Source: an uncultured Candidatus Bathyarchaeia archaeon (GTDB lineage Archaea; Thermoproteota; Bathyarchaeia; Bathyarchaeales; DTEX01). Taken from it: a stretch of 33,093 bases of DNA. A program made the position numbers and the translations under genes. The stretch is from positions 1 through 33,093 of the forward strand of contig CAYSEL010000010.1 in NCBI GenBank assembly GCA_964430035.1, in the 5' to 3' direction. The notes under the pieces were generated by a model. The model saw only the letters and a list, made by a program, of their open reading frames with translations. It was not told the origin of the DNA and did not search any database. Positions 23,567 to 32,509 of the stretch are shown here, in pieces; position 1 is the stretch's first letter, and each line of letters starts with the position of its first letter.

Positions 23567-24910
23567 ATGCCTCGAAAAATAGTTATCATCGGGGCGAATG
23601 CGGCTGGATTAGATGCAGCTGTAGCCGCTAGAAAGACTGATAGGGATGCTGAGATCACCCTTATTACTAAAGAGAATGTCGGAGCCTATTCGAGATGCGG
23701 TCTACCCTTCGCCCTCGGAGGGCAGATAAAATCTTTTGAAGACTTAATTGTTTACCCCTACAGCTTCTACCGGATGATGAAGTTTGACTTAAGGTTAGAG
23801 ACCACCGCTAAATGTATAGATACAAAGGCAAAGAAAGTTGAGGTCGAGACTAGAGAAGGTGAAAAGGAAATCCTTGAGTTTGACAGCCTTATTCTAGCCA
23901 CGGGTTCATACTTCTTTAAACCACCTGTGAAGGGGATAGAGAAAGAAGGTGTTATGCTTCTCCACACGATTGAGGAAGGCAAAAAGATTGACCAGATGAT
24001 TAAGGATGGAGCAGATTCTGCGGTTGTCCTTGGCGCTGGATTTCTAGGACTAGAGACAGCTGTAGCCCTTGTCGAGAGAGGGGTGAAAACGACGGTTGTT
24101 GAGATGCTTCCATACGTCCTTCCAAGGTTACTAGACTCAGACATGGCTAATGATGTTCAGAGAATGTTGGAAGAGAAGGGCTTGCGCATAATTGTTGGGC
24201 AAGCAGCTGAAGAAATTTTCGGAGAAGAACGCGCCGAAGGTGTTTTAGTTGCTGGGGAGAAGATTCCAGCCGACTTCGTCATAAACGCTTGTGGCGTTAG
24301 ACCAAATGTTGAGCTTGCTCAGAGGTCAGGTATTACTCTAGGCAAGACGGGAGGGATTTTAACGAATGTACGGATGGAGACAAACATAAAAGACATCTAT
24401 GCAGCTGGAGATTGTGCCGAGACAATTCACTTAATAACAGGAGCACCTATTATTCCAGCCTTGGGAACAACGGCTGTACGGCAGGGTAAGATAGCTGGGG
24501 TAAATGCTGCAGGTGGTTATGCAACATATCAAGGAGCCTTATGTTCTGCTGTTGCGAAGATGTTTGATTTTGAGGTCGGAGTGACTGGACTGAACGAGGC
24601 CTTCGCGAAACGCTACGGGTTTGAGACTATTATTGGTAAGATCACCTCTAAGACTAGAGCCGATTACTATCCAGGAGCCCAGCCTATAAAGATTAAGCTC
24701 GTTATCGATAAGGACTCGAAGAGAATAATTGGCGGTCAAATAATTGGCGGTGAAGAGGTGACCCAAAGGATAAATGCACTCTCAATAGCGATACAGAAGC
24801 AGATTTCCATCTACGAGTTGGCGAAGGCTGACACGTGCTACGCTCCACCTTTGAACGAGACTTGGGAACCTTTGGTTCTCGCCGCTGAGACTGCCCTTAA
24901 GAAGATTTAA
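23567..24910 (+). CDS. FAD-dependent pyridine-nucleotide-disulfide oxidoreductase of the CoA-disulfide reductase / NADH oxidase (single redox-Cys) type.
   Basis: 447 aa. KIVIIGANAAG (FAD), YSRCGLPF (single active-site Cys context), VVLGAGFLGLE (NAD(P)H) and IYAAGDCAE. No C-terminal rhodanese domain. Confidence 0.85.
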   Translation: MPRKIVIIGANAAGLDAAVAARKTDRDAEITLITKENVGAYSRCGLPFALGGQIKSFEDLIVYPYSFYRMMKFDLRLETTAKCIDTKAKKVEVETREGEKEILEFDSLILATGSYFFKPPVKGIEKEGVMLLHTIEEGKKIDQMIKDGADSAVVLGAGFLGLETAVALVERGVKTTVVEMLPYVLPRLLDSDMANDVQRMLEEKGLRIIVGQAAEEIFGEERAEGVLVAGEKIPADFVINACGVRPNVELAQRSGITLGKTGGILTNVRMETNIKDIYAAGDCAETIHLITGAPIIPALGTTAVRQGKIAGVNAAGGYATYQGALCSAVAKMFDFEVGVTGLNEAFAKRYGFETIIGKITSKTRADYYPGAQPIKIKLVIDKDSKRIIGGQIIGGEEVTQRINALSIAIQKQISIYELAKADTCYAPPLNETWEPLVLAAETALKKI

Positions 24911-26916
24911 AGTGTGCCTTCTTTTAACTTCTTTATTTCGCCTTGACCAAATGGTATCAGCCTCTGAATCTCGTCTAAGGGAATCTTAAGTATTTCTTCA
25001 CGTTTTTCTAACGCTAACTGAGATAGTTTACTCCTTATCTTCTTTGCAAGTCTTCCACCTTGCTCCGCCCCTGGTACCAATGTAACGAAAAGATTTGTCT
25101 GTTTAGCGATTGCTCCAGGAGGTCCACTGATGACCTTGAATGAATCTTCTTCCTTCTTAACTCCAACAGCGATTTCTAATGGCAGATTCCTGACATAGTT
25201 CTTTGTCCCATACACCATGAATGATCCTCTTGGCAAGTACTCGCCTGAAGGCGGCGTCTTGCTGACCTGTTCAGGAGAAACCCAGTAGACATCAACCGTT
25301 CCAAAGCCTGATTTCCAAGCGCTGGAGTAGGAGGCAGCAAACTGTGACGCTTCCATAATCGTCTGCTCAGGCGGTTTCACTCCATGCGTCTTTATCACTG
25401 TGAAGGGAGCTCCGGAAACATCCGCGTGAAGAATAATATCTTTGGGTTCCGTGTTCCTCTTTATTAGAGCCTCATTTGTGTAGGCGTCTTTACCAGCAAC
25501 GACTAGGAAGCCATCTGAAGAGTAGAACCATCTGTATTTTTCGTACCATTCCTTTTTTCTCACTCTCATAAGGGGCTCCTCCGCTTCTTTCATTGCCTCC
25601 GCCATTCTTAGTCTCGTCTCCTCGATCTTTCTTTTTGTCTCAAGCATAGCTGCCTTAGCGCCTTCAGCCTTTTTCTCCGCCTTCTTTGCCTCGTCATAAT
25701 ATTTGGCTGCATTTCTCTGGGCTGAAAGTTTAAGGTCGATATCGATTGTCTCCCCTTCCAGAGATATTCTAAGCATCGGGACCTCCGGCTTAAGGTCTTC
25801 GAAATAGATAGTTGGGAAGAGGCGCTCTTTCTTCGCCTCTCTCAATTTCTTAATTATTTCTTCCCATCTCTTTCCGCTTCTTTTCTCGTTCATCACCTCT
25901 TCGATGATCTGCTGCACCTCGTTCAAGTGCCTATATATTGCGTCCCCTTTTCTCCTGAAGGCTTCAGCATCATTTTCCGCCTTACGGAGGGCTTCCTCTT
26001 GTCCTCGAAGAATTCTTTCTAACTTCGCTAACTTCTGTTCTCTCTCCTCCTCAAAGTTAGAAACTTTTTCGGCAACAGAGACCTTAGCATAGTATTCATC
26101 AAGGGCTTCATTAAAGGATTCGAATTGTAGAGTTTTGAATTGAGAGTATTTCTTCAGTTCAATCGGGATGACGTCGACCCATTCATCATCTGCACCGACA
26201 ACAATAGAGGGCTTCTCCTTCTCAAGTGAGATCTCAGAAAGAATTTCTTGTAAACTGTTGAATATTGAATCTAAATCCTCACCTTCTAAGGAAGAGCAAA
26301 CCTTATCTTTAGGGATAGAGGCACGTAGAAGGATTTCCTCAACATAGGTGCCACTAATGCCTAGAAATCTTGCCATAGCCCTCATAACCTCAATTTGACC
26401 GAAAACTTTCAAATCATCCATGTCTTCTCTCGCCAGATGCGTAGGGTCCTTACCTTTCGGCGGTGGATAGGCGAAAATCTCTCCTCGAAGAATATTTCTG
26501 TCTCTCATCCTCTTGTAGCAGAGCGCATGCAAAATTCGCTTGTCTGGGCCGACTAGTATTACGTTCCCTTGACCAAAGAGCTCCACCACGAGACTATACT
26601 CGCCCGTATGACTTGAGACCTTAATCTCTAAGATGCGTTCGAACCGATATTGCTCAACGCCTCCTATTCTGCCGCCTCTCAAATATTTTCTAAGCGCCAT
26701 ACAGAAACTCGGCGGCTTCAAAGGTTTTTCCATGATGTAGGATGTGAGATGGACTCGTCTACCCGCCTCAACTAATAATTGTTTTTCTAAGCCCTCTCCT
26801 CCACGAAGCTTTAAAAGTATGGTTTTAGGATTTAATTGGTAAATGTTATCTATTCGAAAACCTTTAAGAGCTCGGTCAAGCTCTAAAGCGATGACGGCAA
26901 TGTCGAAGCTGCTCAT
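24907..26916 (-). CDS. rqcH: NFACT-family protein (archaeal Rqc2/RqcH homolog; FbpA-like N-terminus + coiled coil + NFACT-R/DUF814).
   Basis: About 669 aa. MSSFDI.....EL...L.G.RI.NIYQ (NFACT-N), a long charged coiled-coil middle, and WYEKYRWF.SSDGF.VV.GKDA..NE.L......P.DI..HAD..GAP (NFACT-R). The ATG at 26916 (GAGGGT SD upstream) is preferred over the GTG at 26937. Confidence 0.9.
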   Translation of the reverse strand: MSSFDIAVIALELDRALKGFRIDNIYQLNPKTILLKLRGGEGLEKQLLVEAGRRVHLTSYIMEKPLKPPSFCMALRKYLRGGRIGGVEQYRFERILEIKVSSHTGEYSLVVELFGQGNVILVGPDKRILHALCYKRMRDRNILRGEIFAYPPPKGKDPTHLAREDMDDLKVFGQIEVMRAMARFLGISGTYVEEILLRASIPKDKVCSSLEGEDLDSIFNSLQEILSEISLEKEKPSIVVGADDEWVDVIPIELKKYSQFKTLQFESFNEALDEYYAKVSVAEKVSNFEEEREQKLAKLERILRGQEEALRKAENDAEAFRRKGDAIYRHLNEVQQIIEEVMNEKRSGKRWEEIIKKLREAKKERLFPTIYFEDLKPEVPMLRISLEGETIDIDLKLSAQRNAAKYYDEAKKAEKKAEGAKAAMLETKRKIEETRLRMAEAMKEAEEPLMRVRKKEWYEKYRWFYSSDGFLVVAGKDAYTNEALIKRNTEPKDIILHADVSGAPFTVIKTHGVKPPEQTIMEASQFAASYSSAWKSGFGTVDVYWVSPEQVSKTPPSGEYLPRGSFMVYGTKNYVRNLPLEIAVGVKKEEDSFKVISGPPGAIAKQTNLFVTLVPGAEQGGRLAKKIRSKLSQLALEKREEILKIPLDEIQRLIPFGQGEIKKLKEGTL

Positions 26917-26954
26917 CTCAACCCTCAACAAGCCCACCAGAGGTAGATGATTAA

Positions 26955-27224
26955 TTGGAAACTTTAAACATTATTTATGTGATAAAGATTTTTCTAGGAG
27001 CTTTGGCAGGCGTACTCTGCGTATTACTTGGGGTCAATGACATCATCACAGGTGTAATGGTAAGCTTAGCAGTCTATTTTGGTTCTGACAGGATTTTGAA
27101 GCAGATTTTTATTGAGAAAGTTAAGAAGCAGTCAAGCATCACTAGAACTGGAGTTGGCATCTATATCATATCATGGATCTTCTTCTGGATACTGATCTAT
27201 ACGTTCGTCTACACTTACGGTTAG
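26955..27224 (+). CDS. Small membrane protein (89 aa, about 3 TM helices), function unknown.
   Basis: Three hydrophobic stretches (IFLGALAGVLCVLLGV, ITGVMVSLAVYF, GIYIISWIFFWILIYTFVY). The TTG start is uncertain. Confidence 0.45.
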   Translation: METLNIIYVIKIFLGALAGVLCVLLGVNDIITGVMVSLAVYFGSDRILKQIFIEKVKKQSSITRTGVGIYIISWIFFWILIYTFVYTYG

Positions 27225-27607
27225 CTTTGAACATCTTTGTTCGGCGCGTTTCTTTGAGCCGTTCTGAGAGCAACTCGCATATAGTCGCAGAGCGCTGAGA
27301 AATAGCCTCTGTCATAATCGGCTAGAAAACGGCTTTCAGATTTCTCAAGAAAATCTTTATAATGCTTCTTTAAAGCGTTAACATCGTTAAGGTTAATGTT
27401 TGCAAAGAATTCGTAGGATGCTTCATTTCCTGACTTATTCGTTAAGATTATTCCGTTGAGAGCGGTCAAGTATCCTTGATTAAAATCTTTCTGTCCGTTC
27501 CTCTCCATCTTAGACTTAACCCTTTCAAGAACCCTCTCAGCCTCAGTGAACTTTCTTTCGGAAATAAGCTGAAAGAGACGAGTAATAAGCATCAAGGGAA
27601 GAGACAT
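27221..27607 (-). CDS. Hypothetical helical protein (128 aa) immediately downstream of radA.
   Basis: The start lies 7 nt after the radA stop on the same strand. Composition is helical and protein-like. No motif recognised. Confidence 0.5.
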   Translation of the reverse strand: MSLPLMLITRLFQLISERKFTEAERVLERVKSKMERNGQKDFNQGYLTALNGIILTNKSGNEASYEFFANINLNDVNALKKHYKDFLEKSESRFLADYDRGYFSALCDYMRVALRTAQRNAPNKDVQS

Positions 27608-27614
27608 TCTCTTT

Positions 27615-28598
27615 TCAATTCTCCTGATACTCTTCCATGTCCTCTATTCCGTTTTCAGTTATCTTGAAAATGGTCTCACCTTCAGGTAGGTACGGGCTTG
27701 AGACTAGACGGGCTATCCTGACGGGCCCTTTGGCCGCCTTTCTAAGATAAATTCTTGTGTGGCTTGTATGTGCCACGATGTGACCGCCGATTGGGCGAAT
27801 AGGCTCTTCAAAAAAGACTTCAGGGCTTGACATTACTTGATTCGTGACTAAGGCAACCACATTGAAGGCTCTAGCTAAACGGATGAGTTTATGCATGTGC
27901 TGGTTGAGCCTCTGCTGCCTCTCAGCTAGATTCTCTCTGCCAATGTACTCGCTTCTGAAATGCGCTGTCAAAGAGTCCACGATGATTAGACGAATATTAT
28001 TCTTCTTCACGATCTCATCAGCATTCTCGACTAAGAAAGTCTGATGGTCCGAGGTATAGGCCTCAGCCAATATGATATTCTTGAAGACGCTGTTCGGATC
28101 TAGACCAACATGCCTAGCCATCTGAATAATTCTTTCAGTTCTGAACGTATTCTCCGTGTCTATATATAAGGCTCCACCGTTAAGCCCGCCCCTCTCAGGC
28201 GGGAGCTGAACGTTCACGCAGAGCTGATGGGCGATTTGGCTCTTTCCTGAACCATACTCACCGTAGAACTCTGTTATTGCTTGCGTTTCCAGCCCCCCGC
28301 CGAGGAGTTCGTCTAGTTTTTTGCTTCCAGTCGTCAATCGTAGAACATTTTGCCGCCTCTCAAGGAGTTCATCAACCCGTATAAACGACAAGGAGCTTGA
28401 AGACCTTGCAGCATTTATAATTTCGGAGGCTTTCTTTTCGCTTATGCCGGCTTGCATTAATTCTCTGATGGTAGCCATCGCTAAGGATTCAACTGTGTGG
28501 AATCCAAGTTCACGGAGTTTGTTGGCTATGGAAGGCCCTATGAAAGGTATTTCTTCAATCGTCTCGTATTTCTTCTTTGCATTCTCTTTTTTAGCCAT
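27615..28598 (-). CDS. radA: DNA repair and recombination protein RadA.
   Basis: 327 aa. The N-terminal HhH domain has [15 protein letters not shown]. Walker A is GEYGSGKSQ, followed by [10 protein letters not shown], and Walker B is LIIVDS. No intein. Confidence 0.97.
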   Translation of the reverse strand: MAKKENAKKKYETIEEIPFIGPSIANKLRELGFHTVESLAMATIRELMQAGISEKKASEIINAARSSSSLSFIRVDELLERRQNVLRLTTGSKKLDELLGGGLETQAITEFYGEYGSGKSQIAHQLCVNVQLPPERGGLNGGALYIDTENTFRTERIIQMARHVGLDPNSVFKNIILAEAYTSDHQTFLVENADEIVKKNNIRLIIVDSLTAHFRSEYIGRENLAERQQRLNQHMHKLIRLARAFNVVALVTNQVMSSPEVFFEEPIRPIGGHIVAHTSHTRIYLRKAAKGPVRIARLVSSPYLPEGETIFKITENGIEDMEEYQEN

Positions 28599-28685
28599 CT
28601 ATCTTCAAAGTTAATTTTAGTATGCGAATATATTTAAATTAGACGAAAAAAGAGAAAGGAATGGTCTTATTAGCGAGGGCTAAGT

Positions 28686-29564
28686 TTGGATCTTAAAGTT
28701 CTGATTGAAGATGTTGCAGTAAATCTTCTCAGGTTATCCGTTATTGAGCTACCGAGAGATGTGAAGGAAGCTTTGGAAAAGGCTTATCATAAAGAGACAA
28801 GCAAGATTGGAAAGGCACAATTGAAAGCGATGCTTGACAATATAAAGATGGCTGAAGAGATGCATACACCAATTTGCCAAGATACGGGCTTAATCTCATT
28901 CTATCTGAAGGCTGGCTCAAGATTCAAAGGTTTAGAAAAGGTTGAGGATGCGTTGCGGAGAGCAGTTAGGAGGGCTACTTTTGAGGTTCCCCTTAGACCG
29001 AACGCTGTGAGCCCGTTCACACAGATGAATACAGGTGACAATGTTGGACTGCACGTTCCATATATACATTGGAGCATTACAAGTGGAGACTTTCTCGAGA
29101 TAACGGCCCTTCCAAAGGGAGGAGGCTCCGAGAATACAAGCGCATTAAGGATGATGCAACCAAGTGATGGGTTAAGTGGATTAAAGAGGTTCGTAGTTGA
29201 CGTTGTTATTGAAGCCGGAGGAAAGCCATGCCCACCAACAATAATAGGTGTAGGAGTAGGCGGCGGACCGAACATAGCTATGGAACTTGCAAAGATTGCT
29301 CTTCTCGAACCCTTAGACAGATTGAACCCGGACAAAGAGGTTGCTCAACTGGAGCTTGAACTCTACCAAGCGGTAAACAAGACTGGCATTGGACCTATGG
29401 GTCTAGGCGGGGACACGACAGCCTTGGCTGTTAAGGTTAATTATGCCCATCGTCACCCCGCATCCTATCCTGTAGCGGTTGCTTTCCAATGCTGGGCTGC
29501 TAGGAAGGCTACTGCCCGCATCCACTCGAAAGGCGAGGTTGAATATCTAACACATAAGGTTTAA
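28686..29564 (+). CDS. fumA: Class I (Fe-S) fumarate hydratase / tartrate dehydratase, alpha (N-terminal domain) subunit.
   Basis: 292 aa. ICQDTGL, PKGGGSEN, PP...GVGVGG and GIGPMGLGG are typical of the FumA/TtdA alpha subunit. Confidence 0.9.
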   Translation: MDLKVLIEDVAVNLLRLSVIELPRDVKEALEKAYHKETSKIGKAQLKAMLDNIKMAEEMHTPICQDTGLISFYLKAGSRFKGLEKVEDALRRAVRRATFEVPLRPNAVSPFTQMNTGDNVGLHVPYIHWSITSGDFLEITALPKGGGSENTSALRMMQPSDGLSGLKRFVVDVVIEAGGKPCPPTIIGVGVGGGPNIAMELAKIALLEPLDRLNPDKEVAQLELELYQAVNKTGIGPMGLGGDTTALAVKVNYAHRHPASYPVAVAFQCWAARKATARIHSKGEVEYLTHKV

Positions 29565-30199
29565 TGGAACTTTTACATGAGTATCAATTGGTGGTTCGAA
29601 TCGTGAAATTTCATCTTGAGACTCCGATCTTGGAGAGGCAAGCGCGCAAGTTAAAGGTTGGAGACATCGTTTACATTTCAGGTCTTCTTGTCACTGCACG
29701 TGACGCTGCCCACAGAAGAATAATCCAACACTTAAAAGAGGGGAGATCACTGCCATTTTCATTAGACGGCTTGCCTCTTTTCCACTGTGGACCCCTAGTT
29801 AGAAAGGTAAACGATGAGTGGAAGGTGCTCACTGCGGGACCAACCACAAGCATGAGGATGGAGCTCTTCGAAGACGAGATAATAAAAAGTCTAAATGTTC
29901 GCTTGATAATTGGGAAAGGCGGGATGGGGGAAAAGACGCGGAGAGCACTAATGGAGTTTGGCGCCGCCTACGGAGTCTTCACGGGCGGGGCGGGCGTTCT
30001 CGCAGCTGGACGCATCAAAAAGGTGAAAAACGTCGAATGGTTAGACCTAGGCATTCCAGAGGCTGTTTGGGTCTTCGAGGTTGGGTCTTTCGGCCCCATA
30101 ATTATTAGCATAGACTCGTATGGGAACAGCCTATTCGATATGGTTCAATACGAGGCTAAAAAAAGAATGGAAGAGATAGTCAAAAATTTCAAGTCTTAA
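29564..30199 (+). CDS. fumB: Class I fumarate hydratase / tartrate dehydratase, beta (C-terminal domain) subunit.
   Basis: LKVGDIVYISG...TARDAAHRR, GP.TS.RM, IGKGGMG and FG fit the beta subunit. The start ATG overlaps the alpha subunit's stop (TAATG). A GTG at 29603 is an alternative start. Confidence 0.88.
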   Translation: MELLHEYQLVVRIVKFHLETPILERQARKLKVGDIVYISGLLVTARDAAHRRIIQHLKEGRSLPFSLDGLPLFHCGPLVRKVNDEWKVLTAGPTTSMRMELFEDEIIKSLNVRLIIGKGGMGEKTRRALMEFGAAYGVFTGGAGVLAAGRIKKVKNVEWLDLGIPEAVWVFEVGSFGPIIISIDSYGNSLFDMVQYEAKKRMEEIVKNFKS

Positions 30200-31827
30200 T
30201 AGGAGCTGAAAACGCCTTTTCTTTTCAAGACCAAAAGGGCAACAGCATAAATTATGGCGGAAATCATAACTAACATTAATAGAGGAGCTAACCGCGCAAT
30301 CAAAATCGCCGCTGCAAGATAGACTTGCATCTTGAAACTGTTACCTACAGAGTTAACTGCTTGACGATACAAGAACTCAGCAATATACCTGAAAGGTTGA
30401 AAAATAGGGTTAATTTGGTCTATTATGCTTTTAGCCTCAACCAAGACTTTGGGATATGCGAAGACATCTGGGATAACGAACCCCCAATTGTTAAGGATTT
30501 GAATGACAGATTCGTTTGCAGCTAGGCTTAGATAGTATGTGAGGGCAGAATTGTCGTTGATTCTCTCACCTTTGATTAGCTTGAAGAAACGGGCGTAATA
30601 ATTCAGCCCGCCCCTATTTTCAGCTAACCTACTCACAACGTAATATGAGGCTACATAGTAAGCTTGGATATTTTGAGGCTCATATTCTGGGGACCATTGT
30701 TGCAGAAAACCAAAGTCTCCGCCAGTTATGGACAAGAGTTGGGAAGATAAGGATTCAAGATCATCCATCACCATAGCCGCTCCTTCATAGCCTAATCTCT
30801 GAGCAATCTCCACACTGATGTACTGTGCCATACCCTCATGGAACCATAGCAAGTCTTCTGGTGAGATTCCAGCCTTCCAGATAAAGTGGTGGATAAGCTC
30901 ATGAAGAGCCGTTATCTCCATGTATCCCTCCACATACCGTATGGAGAAGATGTTTATGTGGATGTTGCCCATCTTATCAGAGATGAATGGAACGTATCCC
31001 ATTACAGAGAATAAAGAGTAAAAATCTGGAAGGAAGAATTGGATCTCGGCGCTATCAAGGGTTACGTTGAATAGGCTGACGAGACTGTCATATGTTCTGT
31101 TGAATAAATCTAAGATTTTCTCTGCATACTCCTTGTAACGTGAAATCGTATTAAATGTGAAGATTCCACTCTTCAATGTTTTATGCTCAGCTTGTGCTCC
31201 TGTAGTTCTAAAACCAACCTCGATTCGAACAAGATTTTCCGATTCAATTGGTCCGAAGAACACATAGTTTGAACCATAACTTGAGGGCTTATAATTAAGA
31301 TAGCTTCCAAAGACTAAAGCCTGATCCCGAGAAACTCTGAAACCTTCGGGCAACGTAACTTTAGCTGTCAGTTTTCCTGCCTTAAATCCTATCTGCGGTG
31401 AGTAGAATATGCCTTCAGGCTCGATTATGAGGGCTGCCATTGTGAAATTGAAACTGATAATCATCTTGAATTCGGTTCCATCAGATTCAAAGGAAAAACT
31501 GAAAGCTTCGTAAAAATAAAATTTGGATCCAGTTAAGCTCTCGGCATCATTCAAAGACCACTTTGTTATTTTTCCTCCAATCGAACGGTTTGTCCACTCC
31601 AAGTATTTAGGCACCAAAACCCATGAAGTTCCTTGCTTGCTCGAAGTGGTGTAAATTATCGTTGTATTTGCAAGTCCGTCCCTGTCAACGATGAATTCGT
31701 AACTGAAGAAGTCAGATGGGCTTGCGATAATAAGATTCGTATAAGATGAGAGGTTTAAGGCTAAAAAAAGAATCAGAGCTACATAGGATATGCGGAAAAG
31801 CTTACAGCGACATTTTTTAAAATCCAT
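30196..31827 (-). CDS. Membrane-anchored gluzincin-type zinc metallopeptidase (HEXXH-X18-E, M1-like catalytic core) with a large N-terminal domain of unknown function.
   Basis: 543 aa. N-terminal hydrophobic anchor/signal ISYVALILFLALNL. ITALHELIHHFIWKAGISPEDLLWFHEGMAQY gives HELIH plus a Glu exactly 18 residues later in a WFxEGxAxY context. C-terminal TM segment LAPLLMLVMISAIIYAVALLVL followed by KRKG. Confidence 0.7.
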   Translation of the reverse strand: MDFKKCRCKLFRISYVALILFLALNLSSYTNLIIASPSDFFSYEFIVDRDGLANTTIIYTTSSKQGTSWVLVPKYLEWTNRSIGGKITKWSLNDAESLTGSKFYFYEAFSFSFESDGTEFKMIISFNFTMAALIIEPEGIFYSPQIGFKAGKLTAKVTLPEGFRVSRDQALVFGSYLNYKPSSYGSNYVFFGPIESENLVRIEVGFRTTGAQAEHKTLKSGIFTFNTISRYKEYAEKILDLFNRTYDSLVSLFNVTLDSAEIQFFLPDFYSLFSVMGYVPFISDKMGNIHINIFSIRYVEGYMEITALHELIHHFIWKAGISPEDLLWFHEGMAQYISVEIAQRLGYEGAAMVMDDLESLSSQLLSITGGDFGFLQQWSPEYEPQNIQAYYVASYYVVSRLAENRGGLNYYARFFKLIKGERINDNSALTYYLSLAANESVIQILNNWGFVIPDVFAYPKVLVEAKSIIDQINPIFQPFRYIAEFLYRQAVNSVGNSFKMQVYLAAAILIARLAPLLMLVMISAIIYAVALLVLKRKGVFSSY

Positions 31828-32033
31828 TATGGATACTTCAGCCTACATCTTTTTGTGCAACATCTAATAACAACGAAACATGGCACAATTCATTAAAAAA
31901 GAAAGCGAGATATTAACATTATGAAGAAAAAATAACATAAGCCATGCCACCTTGGAAATCTCTACGCGTCTAAAATAAGGTATATTAAGGTTTAGGCCAG
32001 AATTATTTGATTGAATAAAAGAAGAGATGAAAG

Positions 32034-32264
32034 GTGGCTGAGATGAAGACTTATTTAACTGTATGGTTTAACAGTGAAGGCGCCTCACCCTCAGAGGTTG
32101 CGGAGAGGCTTAGAGCGATGGGGTTTAAACCCATAAGAGGGTACTACGACCATGTTTATGACTGGAAAAAGAAAGTAACACTTGAAGACATATTCCAGCT
32201 CAGCGACGCATTGCATGAAACCCTGAAAGGACTAAAGGTTCTTTATAAGCTTGAAACTATTTAA
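32034..32264 (+). CDS. Hypothetical small protein (73-76 aa).
   Basis: Clean ORF with protein-like composition. The ATG at 32043, 5 nt after AAGGTGG, is the probable start. No motif recognised. Confidence 0.45.
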   Translation: MAEMKTYLTVWFNSEGASPSEVAERLRAMGFKPIRGYYDHVYDWKKKVTLEDIFQLSDALHETLKGLKVLYKLETI

Positions 32265-32322
32265 AGAAGGCGAAATCATACTCTGAGAAAGGCTGAAACC
32301 TAAAGGATTAACCTTCACTAAG

Positions 32323-32353
32323 TTTATATCTGACTACAGCAAACTTTATATCT
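32323..32353 (+). promoter_or_regulatory. Tandem archaeal TATA boxes (TTTATATCT twice, 22 bp apart) upstream of the 23S rRNA.
   Basis: The exact 9-mer TTTATATCT occurs at 32323..32331 and 32345..32353. It matches the archaeal TATA consensus (YTTATATA-like). The repeats lie about 160-190 nt upstream of the first recognisable 23S sequence. Confidence 0.55.
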
Positions 32354-32509
32354 TGAGTGTGCACTCAAGAAATTTTGCACAGCACCTTCAAGAAGATGCA
32401 CCTCCTCATCAAGATGCAATGAGGAGCGAAGGGTGAAGTGAGGGAACAATAAATCTCTCACGATGAACACCACGCATAGGCCAAACGTCAAACAGATGCT
32501 GAACCCGAT

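Noticed and set aside
5445-28598. Possible inteins in RtcB, RadA or the helicase.
   Set aside because: RtcB (483 aa) and RadA (327 aa) have normal lengths and uninterrupted motifs. The helicase motifs I-VI are contiguous.
4254-29335. Various antisense ORFs within confident genes (for example 4254..4541, 5783..6085, 10267..10611, 17603..17950, 21788..22075, 23767..24144, 28901..29335).
   Set aside because: Each is fully embedded opposite a gene with strong family motifs and lacks motifs of its own. They were treated as frame artefacts.
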